64,000 bases of DNA from Oikopleura dioica (GCA_907165135.1 OU015568.1:9734001-9798000), one strand, 5' to 3'. Numbered from the stretch's first letter, positions 22,346 to 39,944 are shown. The notes: generated by a model not told the origin, from the sequence alone. Numbers and translations: made by a program.

Positions 22346-25057
22346 TTATCTTTTCACAGTGAAACTTTTGACCGCATTCTTCATCGCCTTCGATTTTTGA
22401 TTCATCTTTCCGAAGTTCGGCTCCGTGAAAAATCCAGGGGCGCCTGGAGCGCTCTTTCGTTCTGCTTTCTTTCCCTTCTTCCCCTTTTGATGCTTCTGGT
22501 TCATCTGTTCGACCACTTTGTGTTGTCCAAATATTTTAAAGTCCTTTTTCCCAAAGTTGTAAGCTTGTACAGGAGATACTTTTTGTCTCTTCGCGTTAGG
22601 AATCGCCCCGTCGCTCTTTCTCTTGCCCTTCATTTCGTTGATACTGATTCGCTCTTCTTTCTGCTCTCCTTTTTCACGCTCCGGCAACGAAGAATTCGAA
22701 TTTTCGACCTCTTCTTTTTCCTCTTTCAGCGGCGCTGCCGGACGCACTTTCCAAATTTTCTCTGGTCTATCTTCTGCATCAATCGTTTCTACTTTCTGCG
22801 GCCTCAAATAGAGCTGGTACGGAATTGATTGTTCATTCAACGGATCAGCAAAAGTGTTGTTGACTTCTTTCGAAATCGCCTTCTTCGAAGGTGGCGGGTC
22901 GTTGCTGAAATTGAAGACAGCGGACATTGCCGATGACGTCTTCACTTTTATTGGAACGATGTCTTCTTCGATACCAGACTCTGTCGATTCATCCTTTATG
23001 TCATGAAGCTCGTCCTCATCATTTTCCTGGATGAAACTAGAATTTCGTGTGAAAGGCATCGTCCAACCACGATGAATTTCTAACTTACATTTTCTTGATT
23101 GGAAGCTCTGCTGGATCATCGTTCTCTTGTAATGGCGTTTCTCTAGCGCGTTTTATCAGCTTATGAATGAGATGAAGATTTTGCTTGACAATGACAGGTT
23201 GGTAAGAAAAGCAAGCAAGAATGCCCTGCTGCTCTCGAGGAAGAATTTCAGCAATTTGAAGCAGGATATGATTTGGAATCACGTATTCCGTACTTTCATC
23301 TTCGAAACGGGCCACTTGATCACGCCACGCGTAGAGAAATTTGAGCGCTTCCAGTTGCTGATTGTTGAATTTCTTTCGGTTCTTGCTCTCGTACAACTAT
23401 TGACGACAATCAAACATTATTCTCAGACTCTTTATACCTTTTTGTAATCAGTTTCAGAGAATACTGGCTTTTCATATTTAGACAAAGAGTATTCCCGGCT
23501 CAGACGAAAAACTTCCCTTGTTCCTCCGAATTCCAGTTTTTCCAGGTCGACCCTAAATATTATCACATAGATTATGGATAATTCAGCAAAATATAAGTAC
23601 CTCAATCTATCGTAAACATAGAGAAGATAATGCGTATCTTGTCGAGCATATCTAAGCATATTTGGCGGAATGGGCCGCATTCTCCAGTCTGCTAACTGAA
23701 ATCTTTTGTCCAAGCGCACTTTACAGTAATGTTGGAGAAGATAATCAAGCGATTTCTTTATCAAGGGTTTTTATCATCATATTTTACGACTATTTATTAT
23801 ATTTATGACCTCGCAAGGCCTTTTCTTATAAAAAGTATCCAACCCGTTCCTTGGCCAAATCAAGCTTCTTCGCAGCAAAGAAAGTATCGAACAAGTTCAC
23901 TACATAGACCCCGAAGTCTCTTTGTAGCCAAACCATATCGTTGCGGGAGCCGTGGAATACTTTGACGATGTTTGGATCGGCGAAAATTTCGTTTAGTTTG
24001 TACATATCTTCCCATACTGCCAAAGGGTCAAGGATGTAATCTTTCTTACGTGAAGAAATTTGGACAAGGCAAGTGAAACCTTGGTACGATCGATATCGAT
24101 GATGCTCAAGATCTACAGCGAGCTCAGACTCTCCCCGAAGTTCCTGGAGCATCAGATCGAAGCTAAGGGTTGACTCGACGACCGAAAGAGGGGTTTCATC
24201 TAAAAACGATAAAAAAACGGAGAAATTTTAGAAGTTCTTACCAAGCGATTGAGATTCAGTTACAGTATCCGAAGCGCTCGGCACGCCGCAGTTTTTAATT
24301 TCTTCCTCGTAGGGATGCGAATAAATAGAAGTGTCGATCTGCGAGCCCAATTCTTTAAGAATCAAAGCAAGTGGCTTTCCCGTCTTGTGTCTGTCTTCGC
24401 TGACTTTTACAAGCTGCTCAGGCAGGGGTTTTATCGAGTGGGGCTTCTCGAAAAGACGGGGGACGAAGGGAATGATCGTATTGTCCGGTTTCTCGCGGAA
24501 CAAAAGCTGAGGCTTAGAAATATTCTCCGCGGACTTCAATTTCGATTTATCTTGCACCATCGTTGTTGATCTGCGATTCCATGAAGCGGCGATAATTTTT
24601 TCTTTTGAGTTTGCGACTTGTCCATCTGGCATAATTGGCCCAGCATCTTTGTTGATCCCAGATGCTTCATCAAGTTTGTTTCCGACGCCCTCGAGTATCT
24701 GGTCGTTTGCTTCGAGGATGCTCTCAACAAGATCGTCAGGAAGAGGCTCTCGCTTAGTTGATCTTCCATGGAGCAGGTTCAGGTCTGTGATAATTTTCAT
24801 GATCTTCTCATTGACCCGACGCTGGAACGAAGAAAATGACGGATATGTCTGATAGAAGTCATAGCTTTCCCCGGCGGAAGGAAGAGATGCCGAACTTCTG
24901 ACGGACCTGACAGTCGCTCAAAAGGTTGAAAAATATTCTTTAATTAGAAACGAAATCTCTTGATTCAAATTCAATCCTTTCCTGGCAAGATAACTTTGCA
25001 TAGTTCAGTTATGTCCGGAGCATCAGAGGACCCCGTTTTCGATTCACCATTCGACAT
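22346..25057 (-). CDS. EXOSC10: Exosome component 10 / Rrp6 exoribonuclease
   Basis: PMC2NT-like N-terminus (ESYDFYQTYP), ELAVDLEHHRYRSYQGFTCLVQISSR, LADWRMRP, YARQDTHYLL, HRDC (ARFEDESTEYVIPNH), K-rich tail. Confidence 0.95.
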
Positions 25058-25761
25058 TCTTCAATAAAAATAATGATGAAAATTGAGTTTTCAGCCTAGA
25101 ACAAGAGGAAAGTGCCGGGGGAATAGAGACCGGTGCAGCGAAGTACGCGTGAATAATTCACTGCTATCGGGGCAAGAAATGAGCAAGTTTTTTTTATAGA
25201 AGGTCAACACTTTTTCATGCGCGCGTAGTCCCTGGCAACGAGTTAGTTCTCCGAACGCTAACATTATTTTCTGCTTTACAGTTGTTAGCTATTGTCAGGC
25301 AAAGTTGCTTGCCTGAAAAGAGGGTATGGATTTCCCTGTAACCCGAGAGCATACGTTCGCTTCAACTTCAACGAGGTTAGCAATTTTTATTGTCGCGCTT
25401 GAAATCATAATTTTTATACGAAAGAAGATTCTAATAATCAATTTCATTTTATAATGGGGAATAAAAGGATCGCTGATATTCATTATTCAAAAATGAAGTC
25501 AAACTAAACTATTGATTTGACGTATACTTCTGTGATTGCAGCTAGCAAGAAAACGATAATCTTAAAGATTTTATCATGAATCAATATGGGCAGATAATAA
25601 TTAGATTTGATGTGTCTGTATACATTATTTCCACCAAAGTGTAAACTGCTGATCATCCGACAAAAGATGTTCAGGGTCGGCAACTTTTTGAATTGACAAC
25701 AATGGCATTATCATGCCGTACTTCCGCGTGGATGATCTATCGACTGAATTAACCAAAGAAA

Positions 25762-27953
25762 ATGTATAGGTCCCGTTGCGAATGGCTAATGCGCAACTCG
25801 CGGTTGGTCCACGACTGGAACAATGTCGTCGAGCAACTGCTTCTTGAAAAGAAGCCGAAGAGAAAATCACAGAAGAAAAGATCGAAAAAGCAACAGGAAT
25901 GTTTCAAAATAAATTTCATTCACTAGTTATTTAAATATTTTTGAAAGCTGAAAAAGGCAAGAGAAAGAAATGATCAAAAGCGATATATTGACGCGAAATT
26001 CGAAGAAGAAAAAAGTCATCGGACGCGAATTCTCGGCGAGCACCAGAATGAGCTTGATATCCTCAGAACAGAACTGGACAGTGAGCGAGAGAAAGGTTCT
26101 GCGACGCTCAAACTTGCATATTTGCTGCGGATGGAAATCGCAAAACAAAAAACAACAATTGCTGAGCAACAAGCAGAGCTCGCAAAGGGATGGTGTTGAT
26201 TTTAGATCCTTGAGAATTTTTATTTTTTAATTCAAAGATATAATTATCATCCTAAATTGAGCAAGAAACGCGGGCAGAAACAATCAAAGCCGAAGTGATG
26301 GAAAAGGTCCAGCTAGAACTCAAAAAGAACCACGAAGAGCTGCTGAAATTTCACGAACTGTATCTAAAGCAGCAAGAGATGATGAAAGAAATCCAATCGG
26401 GGGCAATGAACGACGTCCGAGCAACGAAAGAGCTCCTCGTCGAACTACAGAAACAAACCGGCGATCTTGTTCAAATACAACGAGGTACACGACATCAATC
26501 ACTGCTGCCACAAAATAGTGATAAGCAAATATCCCCGTTTGATAAGAAAATGACAGCGGAAGAACATTTTGTTTTAAGATCACGAAGAAAGCTTGAACAA
26601 CAAGTTGATGGAACTGGAGGATAATAAAGCAAGGAGACATGCCGAGCTGATAAGTAAGAGCGCTTCCGCCGATGACAAAGAAAATGTTAGTCAAATTAAC
26701 ACTGCTACTGAATAACATGTTTTACCTTGTTTAACACTTGAGCTAAGTTCTTGGCAAACAGTAATCCAGAGTGCGTTTTGACTAACAAAAGATAGAGGAA
26801 AAAGCGGTTTCCCCATCTCCATCTTTATCTTCTTCTTCCTCTTCCTCGATAACCACAGTGTCAAAAGCGAGCTCGAAGAAGTCCTCGGTTAAATCTCTTA
26901 CCCCACCGAAGACACCGAGCCCAGAGCCAGTTGTGACCGAAATCCCCTTAAAAGATGAAAATTCAGACCAGCTGAAAGTCAACCAACAAGTTCTCTCAAG
27001 AATCACCCAAGAAGTTGAGGATGGGTGGTTTTACGGGTAAATCGTTCAGAGTGTCTCATTAATTATTTTCTAACTATTCTAGTGTTCAAGTGGTAAGCGT
27101 AAATGGTGAAAATGTCCGAGTTTCCTACAACAGCAAAATAATCGATGTCAAAATGGCGGATATTGTAAAGCTCACTGCGCCTGATCAACCACTTGAGGTG
27201 CCGTTACCAACTGTTTTTTCGAGATTCACAGTTTCTAATTTAGGCGGAAGCCACAGTAATCGCTCGACACCCGCACTATCAACAAACTTACGCGCCTGGC
27301 GTTATCGTTTGCGCAGGTCCACTGCAGATTCGATTCTACGACGGCACTGAAAGCATCATTCCAAAAGCCGAAGTACACCTTGTCGATTTTGAACGATTCG
27401 AGGATTTTGTCGACAACATCATTCAACTGGAAAGCAGATGGGTTAACGAAAGCGTCGTCGCGCGCGATGACAAAACCGGAGTCTATAAATTAGGCAAGGA
27501 AATGGGTCTCAAATCGAGTCTAACTTGAATCTAGGAACTGTAAAAGAACGAGTCGCAAACGCACACGAGTATGTGATCGAGTGGCGTGGGGACAATATAA
27601 GCACGATCCAGCATTACTCCTGCATTTTCGGCAAGTACTCGAAGGCGAAATCTTTGCAGACAGGAGATCACGTGATCGCATGCTCGGACAAGAAAAGCTG
27701 GAATTATCACCCAGGCACAATAACAAAAGCTGACTCCAACTCAGTTGACATCGATTTTATCTGCAATGTCACGTAAAAACCCGCGTTGATTTCAAATTAG
27801 CTCATCATTTTTCTTAGAATCGAGGGAGCGAACCCCAAGGAAGCTTTCTACATCACACCCGAGTATTTCAACCTTGCGAAAGAATACTATCTGGCCCAGC
27901 TGGAAGGATCCACCGCTTCATCAGAAAGCTCCTTGTCTTCGGTAGACAACTAA
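25762..27953 (+). CDS. Coiled-coil protein with C-terminal Tudor-like (DUF4537/C11orf16/VWA3B-like) repeats
   Basis: Spliced coiled-coil exons followed by EDGWFYG, VVARDDKTGVYKLGTVKE and LQTGDHVIAC...WNYHPGTI segments; start and family assignment uncertain. Confidence 0.55.
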
Positions 27954-28168
27954 CAAAGAAAAGATCAAACTGTACAATTGTGAAAATATAAATTTTTATT
28001 TTTTGAATTTATGATTTAACATGTTAATTCAGTAGGAAAGTAAAAAAAAAAGAAAAAAATAGAGATTAAGAAAATTCGAAAGTAAAAATTGAGATTGAAA
28101 CAGAGGCAGTTTATATGGAATGCAAAAAAGTTTAAATTTTACGATGGAAAAGTGAAAAAAGTCGCGTT

Positions 28169-31167
28169 TCAGCCACTGCAGGACATTTCACGAAGTTTTC
28201 TGTTGATTTCTTGGATGACTTGGTCTTGTTCTGTGTATGCGCCTGATTTAAGCAGTTGTTCTTTGTCGTCAAGGAGCTTCCGATAGCCAGTGTCTATAAA
28301 TTACTTGAGTGGCTGTCTCTCCATTTAAGACTTAACCTTCTGATTCGAACTGCTGACCATGAAAGTTTGAAAAGGATTTTTGCGTATTTTTGAATTCGTT
28401 TTTCATCGCCTAAAAAGTTAAGAGGAGTTTAAAATGAATTAGAGTACCCGAATAGTATCGCGCTCTGCGATCATTTCTTGATGATCTTGTGCAGCCTGGT
28501 ATCTTGCTCGCATTTCCTCCATTTCTTCTTGTTTCCGACGCAATTTTACTTCTGCACTTTCAATCTCACGCTCCTTCATCGTTGCCACTTCCTAAACTCA
28601 CGCTAAAGACCCTCCTGAAACGGGGGAAATATCTTACTTTTATAGCCCTGCTCCACTGAAGTTTATAGTGCTGTTTCGCCTTTGAAAGTGAATCTATGCG
28701 TTTCTCGAGCTCGTTCTTTTCAACAAGGAGGCTTTTAACCTCGGCCTGCAAATGTGGATCCGGCGCTTGGCGCTTTGAAATTTCAAGTTCATCGAGTAGC
28801 GATTTGTATTTGTGGTCAGTTTCGTCCAGCTCAAGTCTGTATTTGGACGCTCTTTCTTCTGCTGCCGCTGTTTTTGCACGCTCAACTAAATATTATGAAA
28901 ATAAAGAAACCCTCGACAATTGAAATCTTGCCTTTTAGCATTCCTAGAAGCTCACGCTTTTGCTGCTCAAATGCAGTTTTAGCATCTTGTCTAATCCTAT
29001 CTTTCTCAGCTTGGAGATCGTCCCTCAGCCTCGCCAGCTCCTTTTCCTGATCAGAAACCCTTGTTTCAGCCTTTTTCGCCTCAGCAAGAGCTTTTCGCAG
29101 CTGCTTCTCCATTTTTTCGTACTGAGAGACACGGGTACTCATCACTTGGTCTCTTTCTTGCTCCCGTCGCGTGAATTCTCCGGCGATTTTTTTGATCATT
29201 TCATCTTCCCTTTGCTTCAGGTACTTGGTGAACTCTTCTTCTTGCTCGTCTTTCCACAGTTGCAGGTCAAGGGCAGTTTTGAACTGTAACTTTTCGAGAT
29301 CTTCTCGTTTTCTATCCATGGACATGTTCATCTGCTCCTGCATTCGCTTCAGCTCTTCTTCTTTGTTGCTCGCTTCGTTGGGTGGGATGATGATTTGTTG
29401 TTTGATAGGTCCTTTGTTTTCAAGCCAGAACTTGACGTCTATGTCGCCAACTACTCGGTTATCCAGAGCTACGGCCAGATTTTCATTTGCAATCTACAAA
29501 CTGATGTGTGAAAACTGACGAAAATGCAAATAAGCTTGGCATTTATGAAAAACACTGACCTTTGGTTTCATGTTTGCTGGAAGAAGTTTTTCTATTGGGA
29601 TCACAACTGTTCCAATTGCGCGATCCGCTTCGTTCTGACTTCTTGTCCAGACCTAATTGAATATTGAATCGCCTGGTTGCTTAATTAGAAATACCTCAAG
29701 AACGAGTGGAACTGATCTGAACTGATTCTCCAACTGTCTTGGTGCACAGGCAAAATCAAATTGACAAAACGGCTCGGTGAGCTTTACTTGTTGATTTTTC
29801 ATGTGTAGCGGAACAGGGGCCCCGGAAAAGATCGGTTTTGACGAGCCAAAGAATGGATATGAGTATTTAACATACACGGATATTTGATGATATTCCTTCA
29901 TTCGCAGTGTTTGTATTTCGATTGAGAAAGAATAGTGCACTTGAACTTGAGGGGCGACTAAATGTGAGCTCGTTGTAGTCGGTTCAGAATAGTCAATTTC
30001 AGCAATCTCGTGGTCTGTATTGTTTTGACCTTCTGAGAGCTCTGGAGCGAGAGGTTTGGGCAATCCCCGCGGGACAGGCTGTGCCAACTGCTCCGAGGTC
30101 GAATTAAGCGGTGTCTGAGGAACGTTTTCTGCTCGAATTGACAGTTCAACAACCAACGATGCGCCTTTGATTCCGCCCATCGATGGATTCGGCTTCATGG
30201 GTACTGTGATCTTAGATCTGGCGACGTCTTTCGTAAGATCGAGCTCTTTGAACGCTTTAGTCAACGGCTGTCCAAACTGCACCATGGCATGGCCGAGGGA
30301 TTGCTCGCCGCTGCACAAGTGAATTTCAATCGGACACAGTTCCGCTGTCAAAAATCGACAGAGGTTCTTTTTTAGCCCTTGCAGATTCAGAGAGGCCCGC
30401 TCGACTGGAAATGGTGCGGTCAACTCTGTAAAAGGCTCGTGAACTACGTCGTTGCCTCTCAGTTGGTAGAACCAGTAGAAACCTTCATGAACAGGACGAT
30501 TAGCAGGCATCAGATTCACCAATCGCTCGCCGGATAAAAGACTCAAAGAAAAGACGTACATCGAGCCTCCTTTTCCAATTTGCAGGAATGGCTTTCCGTT
30601 TTCTTCCTTCGTCTCGACTGGCAGTTTTCCCGAATTGTTTTCTTGGAGCACATTGTTTGCGCCAGCACTTGGTTCTTCTTCGAGAGTCAGTACAACCGAC
30701 AATTCGGGCTTGAACTTGCTGTATTTTGAGGAAAGTAAAGGCATCCATTTCGCCTGTGATGTGGTCGAACTTGCTCCGCGAAGATCAAGCACAATGTAAC
30801 CAATCAACTCATTTTTATCAGAAGAAAGATTTCCTGCAAACACATTAAGTTTGATAGGCGTCCGTTGAATCTTATGATGATGGACTGCTTTTCGATCGAG
30901 TTCCCAAGCCAGTTCTAAAGGAGTTCAAAACTCATCGCAATTTTGTAGTGGGAAAACTTACCAGTGTTGATTTGAGGCGTGGGAAGATGCGCTACAGGAT
31001 CACTGTATAGTTTTTCATCGTTAAATCTTCCTTCGACTATAAGTTGTCTGTCTTTGTACTGCGGGAAATTCCTTCCTAATATTGAGTAAAATTCCAAGCT
31101 GGAATAAAGCCTAGATCTTTTTACCTGATGTTATTGAAACAACAAGCATAATTTTTTCCTCTGCCAT
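28169..31167 (-). CDS. CEP120: Centrosomal protein CEP120 (C2 domains plus coiled coil)
   Basis: ELAWELDRKAVHHHKIQRTPIKL, IGYIVLDLR, KWMPLLSSKYSKFKP, VYVKYSYPFFGS, TALDLQLWKDEQEEEF, KQHYKLQWSRA. Confidence 0.92.
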
Positions 31168-32923
31168 GATCGAAAAAGTTGCTTCACGAGCTTTTCATTC
31201 AGTTTTCAAGCCTCAATCTTAAATTTTTGAATAAAAAGAAAATCAGAAATGAAATTTATTAGGATGTTTCAGGTTTTTAGCAGAGATGCGGTTGTTTTTT
31301 TATTATTTTGAAGCCATTACTGAATTAAGAAGCTCGGCATGGTATTTCTTGGGAATTTAGAATGGAAACAGTCACAAACTTAGTGGAGAATTGTGGTTAA
31401 GTTGAGTCAATTTTGCTTAGATCAGAAGGGGGAAGAAGGGTTAATCAAATTACCAGAAGAAACTCCTTCAGCTAAAGCTTCTTAGGGTAAGCGTAACTCT
31501 CATAGTAAAGAGAGAAGGATTTACTTTTAAAATAAGCATTTTATCGTAGCTGATCATTCCGATTGATACACAAATGATTTATGACAAAAAGAAAGGACGA
31601 GGATTAAAATTAATATCAGATGCACCTCTGTCGCAGTTAGCAATCAGCAGTAAAGGCTCAACTGTATAGCAATTACTCGAAAATGCGGCTAAACTGAAGA
31701 CTAAACTCAAGTAAACTGCACTTCCGCAAACTGGATTTTCGAAATGCCCTGCTTAATTTATCTTAATTCTGCACGAAGTTAGAAATAAAAGAGACCAGGT
31801 AGATGTACGACTGACTCTTTTTCGGACAAATAGTGTTGACGACGGCGAGAAAGAAACATGTATAGTTATATTTATTCTAGAGACTTATTTTTGTATCAAT
31901 TTTTTGATGTATCGGATGTTGCGTTTCGTTTATTTTTGTTGTGGTTGATTTTTGTCGATGTTTTAATAATTTTTTCCGGGTTTTACTTTTTACAAATTGG
32001 AGATAGAAAGGTATATTGAAATAGGGCAAGATTATTTACTCGGGGTAAGCGTAATTTTTGAATGCGTGTAGTATGTGCGTGTGGGATCCCCAAAAAAGTG
32101 TGTTTCCGAGGATCGTGTGTGAGTGTGTTTTGCCAGAGATGGTGAGGTAATGTTGAAAGCAAAAGAATTTAAATATTTATAAAATATGTTACAGTTGTAT
32201 CCTTTCAGTATATCCTTGTTGATCCACAGAAGAAAAAATTTGCTTCTTTCAGGGTTTTTGAGGTGGCATTTGGAGGAAAAGGCGTTAGTTTCTGAGATAG
32301 AGATTGAACCGAGAACCACTCACTTTAACTGTTGTTGTGGGAGACTGTAAGACTTGAACAGAGGGATATAGCTACACACTTGCATGCACTCTACATTCGG
32401 GCTTGTTCATTATTCCCACTCGATGATACGTGTCTTACGTTTTCAGTAGTGCCTATTTCAGAATCGGGAAAAAGACTGGTTCAATAACGATGTACAAAGG
32501 AAACGGCCGAGGCGAGTAATTTAAAAGAAACACAACCGCCTCGAGTATATATAGATGTATTTCTAAATGAAGGGGGTCTCAATGATTGAAATTTCAAAAA
32601 TGAGAGTTTCAAGAATGGTACAATTTATAATGTTGCTAGGGAAAACGAAGAAAAAATAATAGAATGAGGAAAGAAGAGGCGAAAGAGGGAATTGAAGGTT
32701 TTGTCCCTTGAAGAGTGTATACTTGAAAAAAGGGCAAATGGGAGAAACAAGATATAAATGCTGGGAATTTCTGAATTTCTCTCGAAACGATGTTATTTCA
32801 CACTATTGCGGATATGTTGCGGTTTTTATAGCTGGATTTTAGGTATTTAAAAATGGTTTACTGATGACTGGATTCTCCCGGATTCGAAGTGACTGCTTGC
32901 TGTAGGGTGGAAACTGCCGGAAA

Positions 32924-35526
<2,603 letters not shown>

Positions 35527-37691
35527 CTCGGCGTTTTATTTTCCTCGCTCGTTTTTCGTCCGTCTTTTTTGTTTCTCTTTCTTTAATTTTCTGCTGCTGG
35601 CCGCTGTTTTTTCTCTCCCTCAGTCTCTCCTCTCTCTCTCTTTGGATTTCTATTTCTTTCTTTCTGTGTGTGTGCGTCGGGTGCGCAGGTCGCGAGTGGT
35701 GTCACGATCCTCGACTAGCCTCGCGTAGATTTGTGTTTGGGCGGCGATCGATCGCGCGCTCAATTTCACTCGGCGCCAGTCAATTCCGCTCAATTTCGTT
35801 CCTTCTCTTCACTCGCCTCGGGCACCGACTGATCCACCCACTGGTCGTTTCGTCCGTGCAGCTCGCTTCTCCGAGCACGTCTGAATCTCGCACGAATCAA
35901 TCTCTAAACGCACGCACGCTCGTTAGTCCTCGTTGTTCGCACTCTTGCAATAGCAGCTGTAGTAATTATTAAATTATTCCGGTGGTCTGTGGGTGTCTTC
36001 CGCCCAATTCTCGGTGAACTTTTCGAGTTCGGGAAAAAACAGTGAATTCCAAAATTGAAACGCGGGGGCGGTCCGCTTCGGTAGTAGCTCGGTGCGGTAG
36101 CGCCACCACCCTAAGCTCATCCAACCCTAACGCAAACCAGACCACGGCGTCCTCCGAGTGGCTTCTTTTTGCGTATTTTCAGAATGGTTATCGACAATTC
36201 TCCTACCTAAGGAATCTTCGTTTTGGGAAATATAAATTAATCTCAGGTCAAAAATTATTCCTCTTTGAACAATATTTTCAAGTAAATAATTTCCTGTTTC
36301 GAACTCACTGGGAAAAAAGCTCGTAAATTTTTGAATCTCATGACCTCATGAGATTCTCATACCAACAATAAGTCCAATAAAAACCGCTGGTCTGGGACAC
36401 CCCTAGTCCACCCACGTGTCCCAAACTAGAAGTATTTTCACTTTTGCTCTCGCGCGCCACTTTCGCCTTCCGGGTAAAGCGGTAAGTTTAAAAACACCCC
36501 CGTGGCCGCGTGCCTTTGATCGTTAATTCGCCCGACTGTCCCAAACCAGCGGTTTTTACTGTACAAGTAGGTATGAATTTTGCGAAAAAAGTCGATGATC
36601 ACTATTTCCTTTGATAAAAATCATCAAACAAATTCGGAATATCTAATGGTTTGGAGGCGAAAAAGACATTTTCGGACATTGTATTGTACATTGTGAGGAG
36701 ACACCTGCTGAAAGTGCCATGGCTTTTGACGGGTTTGAAAATCGATATTCAATTTTCGGCGAAGCGGCTCGACTTACCCCGGCGTCTCTCCATTATTAAG
36801 TTAGATACATCTTTTAATCATGACTATCTCTGCGCCTTGGTAGTATCAAGCAAGTCTGTAAAGAACTCTATGAGTTTGTGTTTTTTGCGGCGCTCGATTA
36901 CGACTCAGCCAGAAAGTCACTGGCCCTTTAGCTCGCCTTACTCTAGGCTCTGACATCGATTTCCAATAAAAATGGCTGTGAGAGTCCTAGATATTCTACG
37001 ATTCGTAAAACACATAAACAGTTTCTTTACTATCTCTACAAGTCGCTCGATCTCTGGAAAACGGCCGGAGCGCCTGGCGCAGCAAAAGAAGAAGAAAAAA
37101 GCGCTCAGCTGACCGATAAACCGGCTAAAATGCAGCGCGAGATGAAGAAAGTCGGAATAACTAGTCTGTGCCCGAGCCCACAGACGCCCACGCTGGCGAT
37201 TGCGTGCGTGCCCGAATGCGTGTGCCTCCAGAACTCTCCTTTTTTCGTCGTGCGTTGCAATACGTTCGTTAAATAATCATATGAAGCAGTAAGCCATTAG
37301 TTATTACGAACACACACAAGTTTTCAACTTGAATAGTCAACCCCACAATACAAGGCGATTAATGCCATCATTTTTTTCGATGCAAGTAAATATTTATATA
37401 ACTGACTCTTCCTGCGAAAAATGCGATGAAATCAAAATACAACGACTTTGGTTTGAATGCGGATTGTACTTTTTCTTATCATATAATAATTTATAATGTT
37501 AAGTTTATATATATATATAGTCTCGCCGAGGGCTTTCTCGATTTTTGAAACAGAATGAATTCAGTAAGAAAAGAAGGAAGGAGAATGCGCCGCCCATGGC
37601 AAAGTGGTTTAGTGTAAGTCTACATGAGGAACTTGATTCATATTGCACTGTTTTCTAGAGTCGGATATAAACACACCAGGAGTATTTGCGC

Positions 37692-39944
37692 TCAGTCGAT
37701 CTTGATCTGGCCGTAGATCTTGTTGATGAAGGCGAAGGAGGCGTAGAATGAAATCGTGCCCGTGAAAATTGCGAACGTCAACGTAATCAGAGCCGTGTAG
37801 CCTATTTTACAAATTAAATGAATAGCTTTAATTAGCATGTGACTACTTACCAAAATACAAAAGAGTTGGCACGAACGAGGTGATCTCGAGCTTGGTGTAG
37901 AAGTAGAAAATTGAATAAAGGAAGACGTAGAATGCGCTTCCCGAACCGACGAAGAAGCTCCTCCACCACCTATTAACATCAGCGTTTAAAATTGTTAATA
38001 ACAATTTTAGTTTTACCAGTTGTAGTCTTCGGCGCAGAGCTGGAAGTAAACCATGACGATGGCGATTTGAGAGCAAGCGATGATGAGGATGATAAACACT
38101 ATAATTTACTCAAACAAAGAAGATAAAAGAAAAGTTACCAAGAAAAAGGAATCCGAAGAGATAATAAAATTCGTTTTCCCATAGGGCCGTGAAGATGAAG
38201 AAGAGCTCAATAAATACTGCACCAAACGGGAGCACTCCAGACATAAGAAGAGAAACGAACGAATTCATGTACCATGGTTGGTCTGGCACCTGTCGAGGGA
38301 TCTGGTTTGTTCGGACGGGCGCTTCGTAAGGCTGCTTTCTGAAGCCGAAGTAATAACCAGTCATGACGAGAGGGAGCGAAACACCGAACCACATGCAGAG
38401 AATAGCGAGCATTGTTGTGAAAGGAACAGCGCCAGAAGACTTCTGGCCCCAGATGAAGAAGTTGAGAAGGAAACAAGTTCCAAAAGTGATGCTTGGGTAG
38501 AGAAGACCCGTCCAAATCGCTGCGCTCTTCCAGCTCTGGCCCCGGACTGTTTTGTAAAGTCGCCCAGAGAAATATCCAGAGAAGATGCCCATAAACATAA
38601 ACAAGAAAAAACCAGCTAGGAAAATATATCGTTCGAATACTGTTGTTAAAAAATCATATCACCTGTGACAAGAGAGCCTCTTGCTGACGGCGAAAGCATT
38701 CCAAACATAGCAACAACGATAGTGATCATAGCCATAAGGCCAATTTGTACTCCTGAGCCAATAAATGCGCACAAGATTGAAGAGTACTGCGGTGGTCGGA
38801 AAACGTCGCCGTGGACAAGTTTCCAGCCAGTTTCTTCCATCGCCTCGTCCAGTTCGTCATCCTCCTTGTTGTACTGGGCGATGTCGCGGCGAAGCGTCCT
38901 TGAAAAGGTAAATTTAAGCTAGGAAGAGCTTGAATATTATACCTGACGATGATCATGGCGAGAATACCAGCAAGGAAGAAGACAACAACGATGGAGTTGA
39001 CAATCGAAAACCAGTGAATCTGAACATCTCCCATTTCCAAATAAGTGTCCCATCTTGACGCCCATCGGATCTGTGACTCTTCCCAATGAACTTAAAAACA
39101 TTAATAAAGAAGATATATTATAAGAACGCACCAGAGTAGCTAAAGCTAATTTGAGAGACCGTATCATCAATTTTCATGTGTTTATCGTTGACATCGATCG
39201 AGCAAGAGTTGTCGTCGCCTGGGTTAGTTGTAGCTACGGATTTCGGACTGACTTCGAATGCAACAACTCGATACTGCTCGCCAAGGACGTCGTCGAATTG
39301 TTTGTTGTACTTGATGTTGAGCTCCAAGTGGTTATTGATGAATAAATCTTCGCCATCGACGATACCGAGTTTGTATCCATGCTCGTATTGTGTTACATCG
39401 TCTTATTTTGTGCCCATAAAATAAGATAGAAAAGATGAGTTTTTACCTTCAAGTTTCCATTTGGTGGCAATGGGGAGATTGTCAGCGAGGAGGTGAACAG
39501 TGTATGCTTCCTTGATTTTCTTGACGAAAGCGTCTCGCTCTTCAGAAGTAATTGGTTGAGTGCAGAGGATTGTGCACTCCTGGTCGACTCCAACTCGCAC
39601 ATCTCAAAAGAGAAACAATTACTATACTTTCCTGTGTATTAGTATACCGTAGTTAGTGTTGACGATTCTATCACCGCGGAGGACTTCTCCGAGATTTTCT
39701 GTCTGGTAAACAACCTGGTATCGAATGTTAAAAAATGAAGCTAAAATTTGTTCATTACTTTTTCCGGCTTACAAAGAGGAAGTGAGTAGTACTCGTATGG
39801 CAGTTGTGTCTTTGAAGAAGTCATTTTAACAGCTTTGATTTCAACTTTGTCTTCTTGAGCGAAGTCGATTGGCGCAACTCCTGGCACGTAAAATGCAGAC
39901 GCATGCTGCAGGAGTGCGACTAAACCCCACAGCCCCTTCGCCAT
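37692..39944 (-). CDS. TM9SF4: Transmembrane 9 superfamily member 4
   Basis: [11 protein letters not shown]...[58 protein letters not shown]. Confidence 0.93.

Noticed and set aside
22307-22828. Long antisense ORFs (173 aa here; also 42846-43769 and 58613-59119)
   Set aside because: They are shadows on the opposite strand of EXOSC10, GLG1 and PPWD1 exons.
36380-36420. Helitron 3' end (hairpin plus CTAG)
   Set aside because: CTAG is followed by A rather than T, and no 5' TC end or second copy was found.
36651-36953. 100 aa plus-strand ORF between GNB and TM9SF4
   Set aside because: It starts at TTG and has no motif or splice support.
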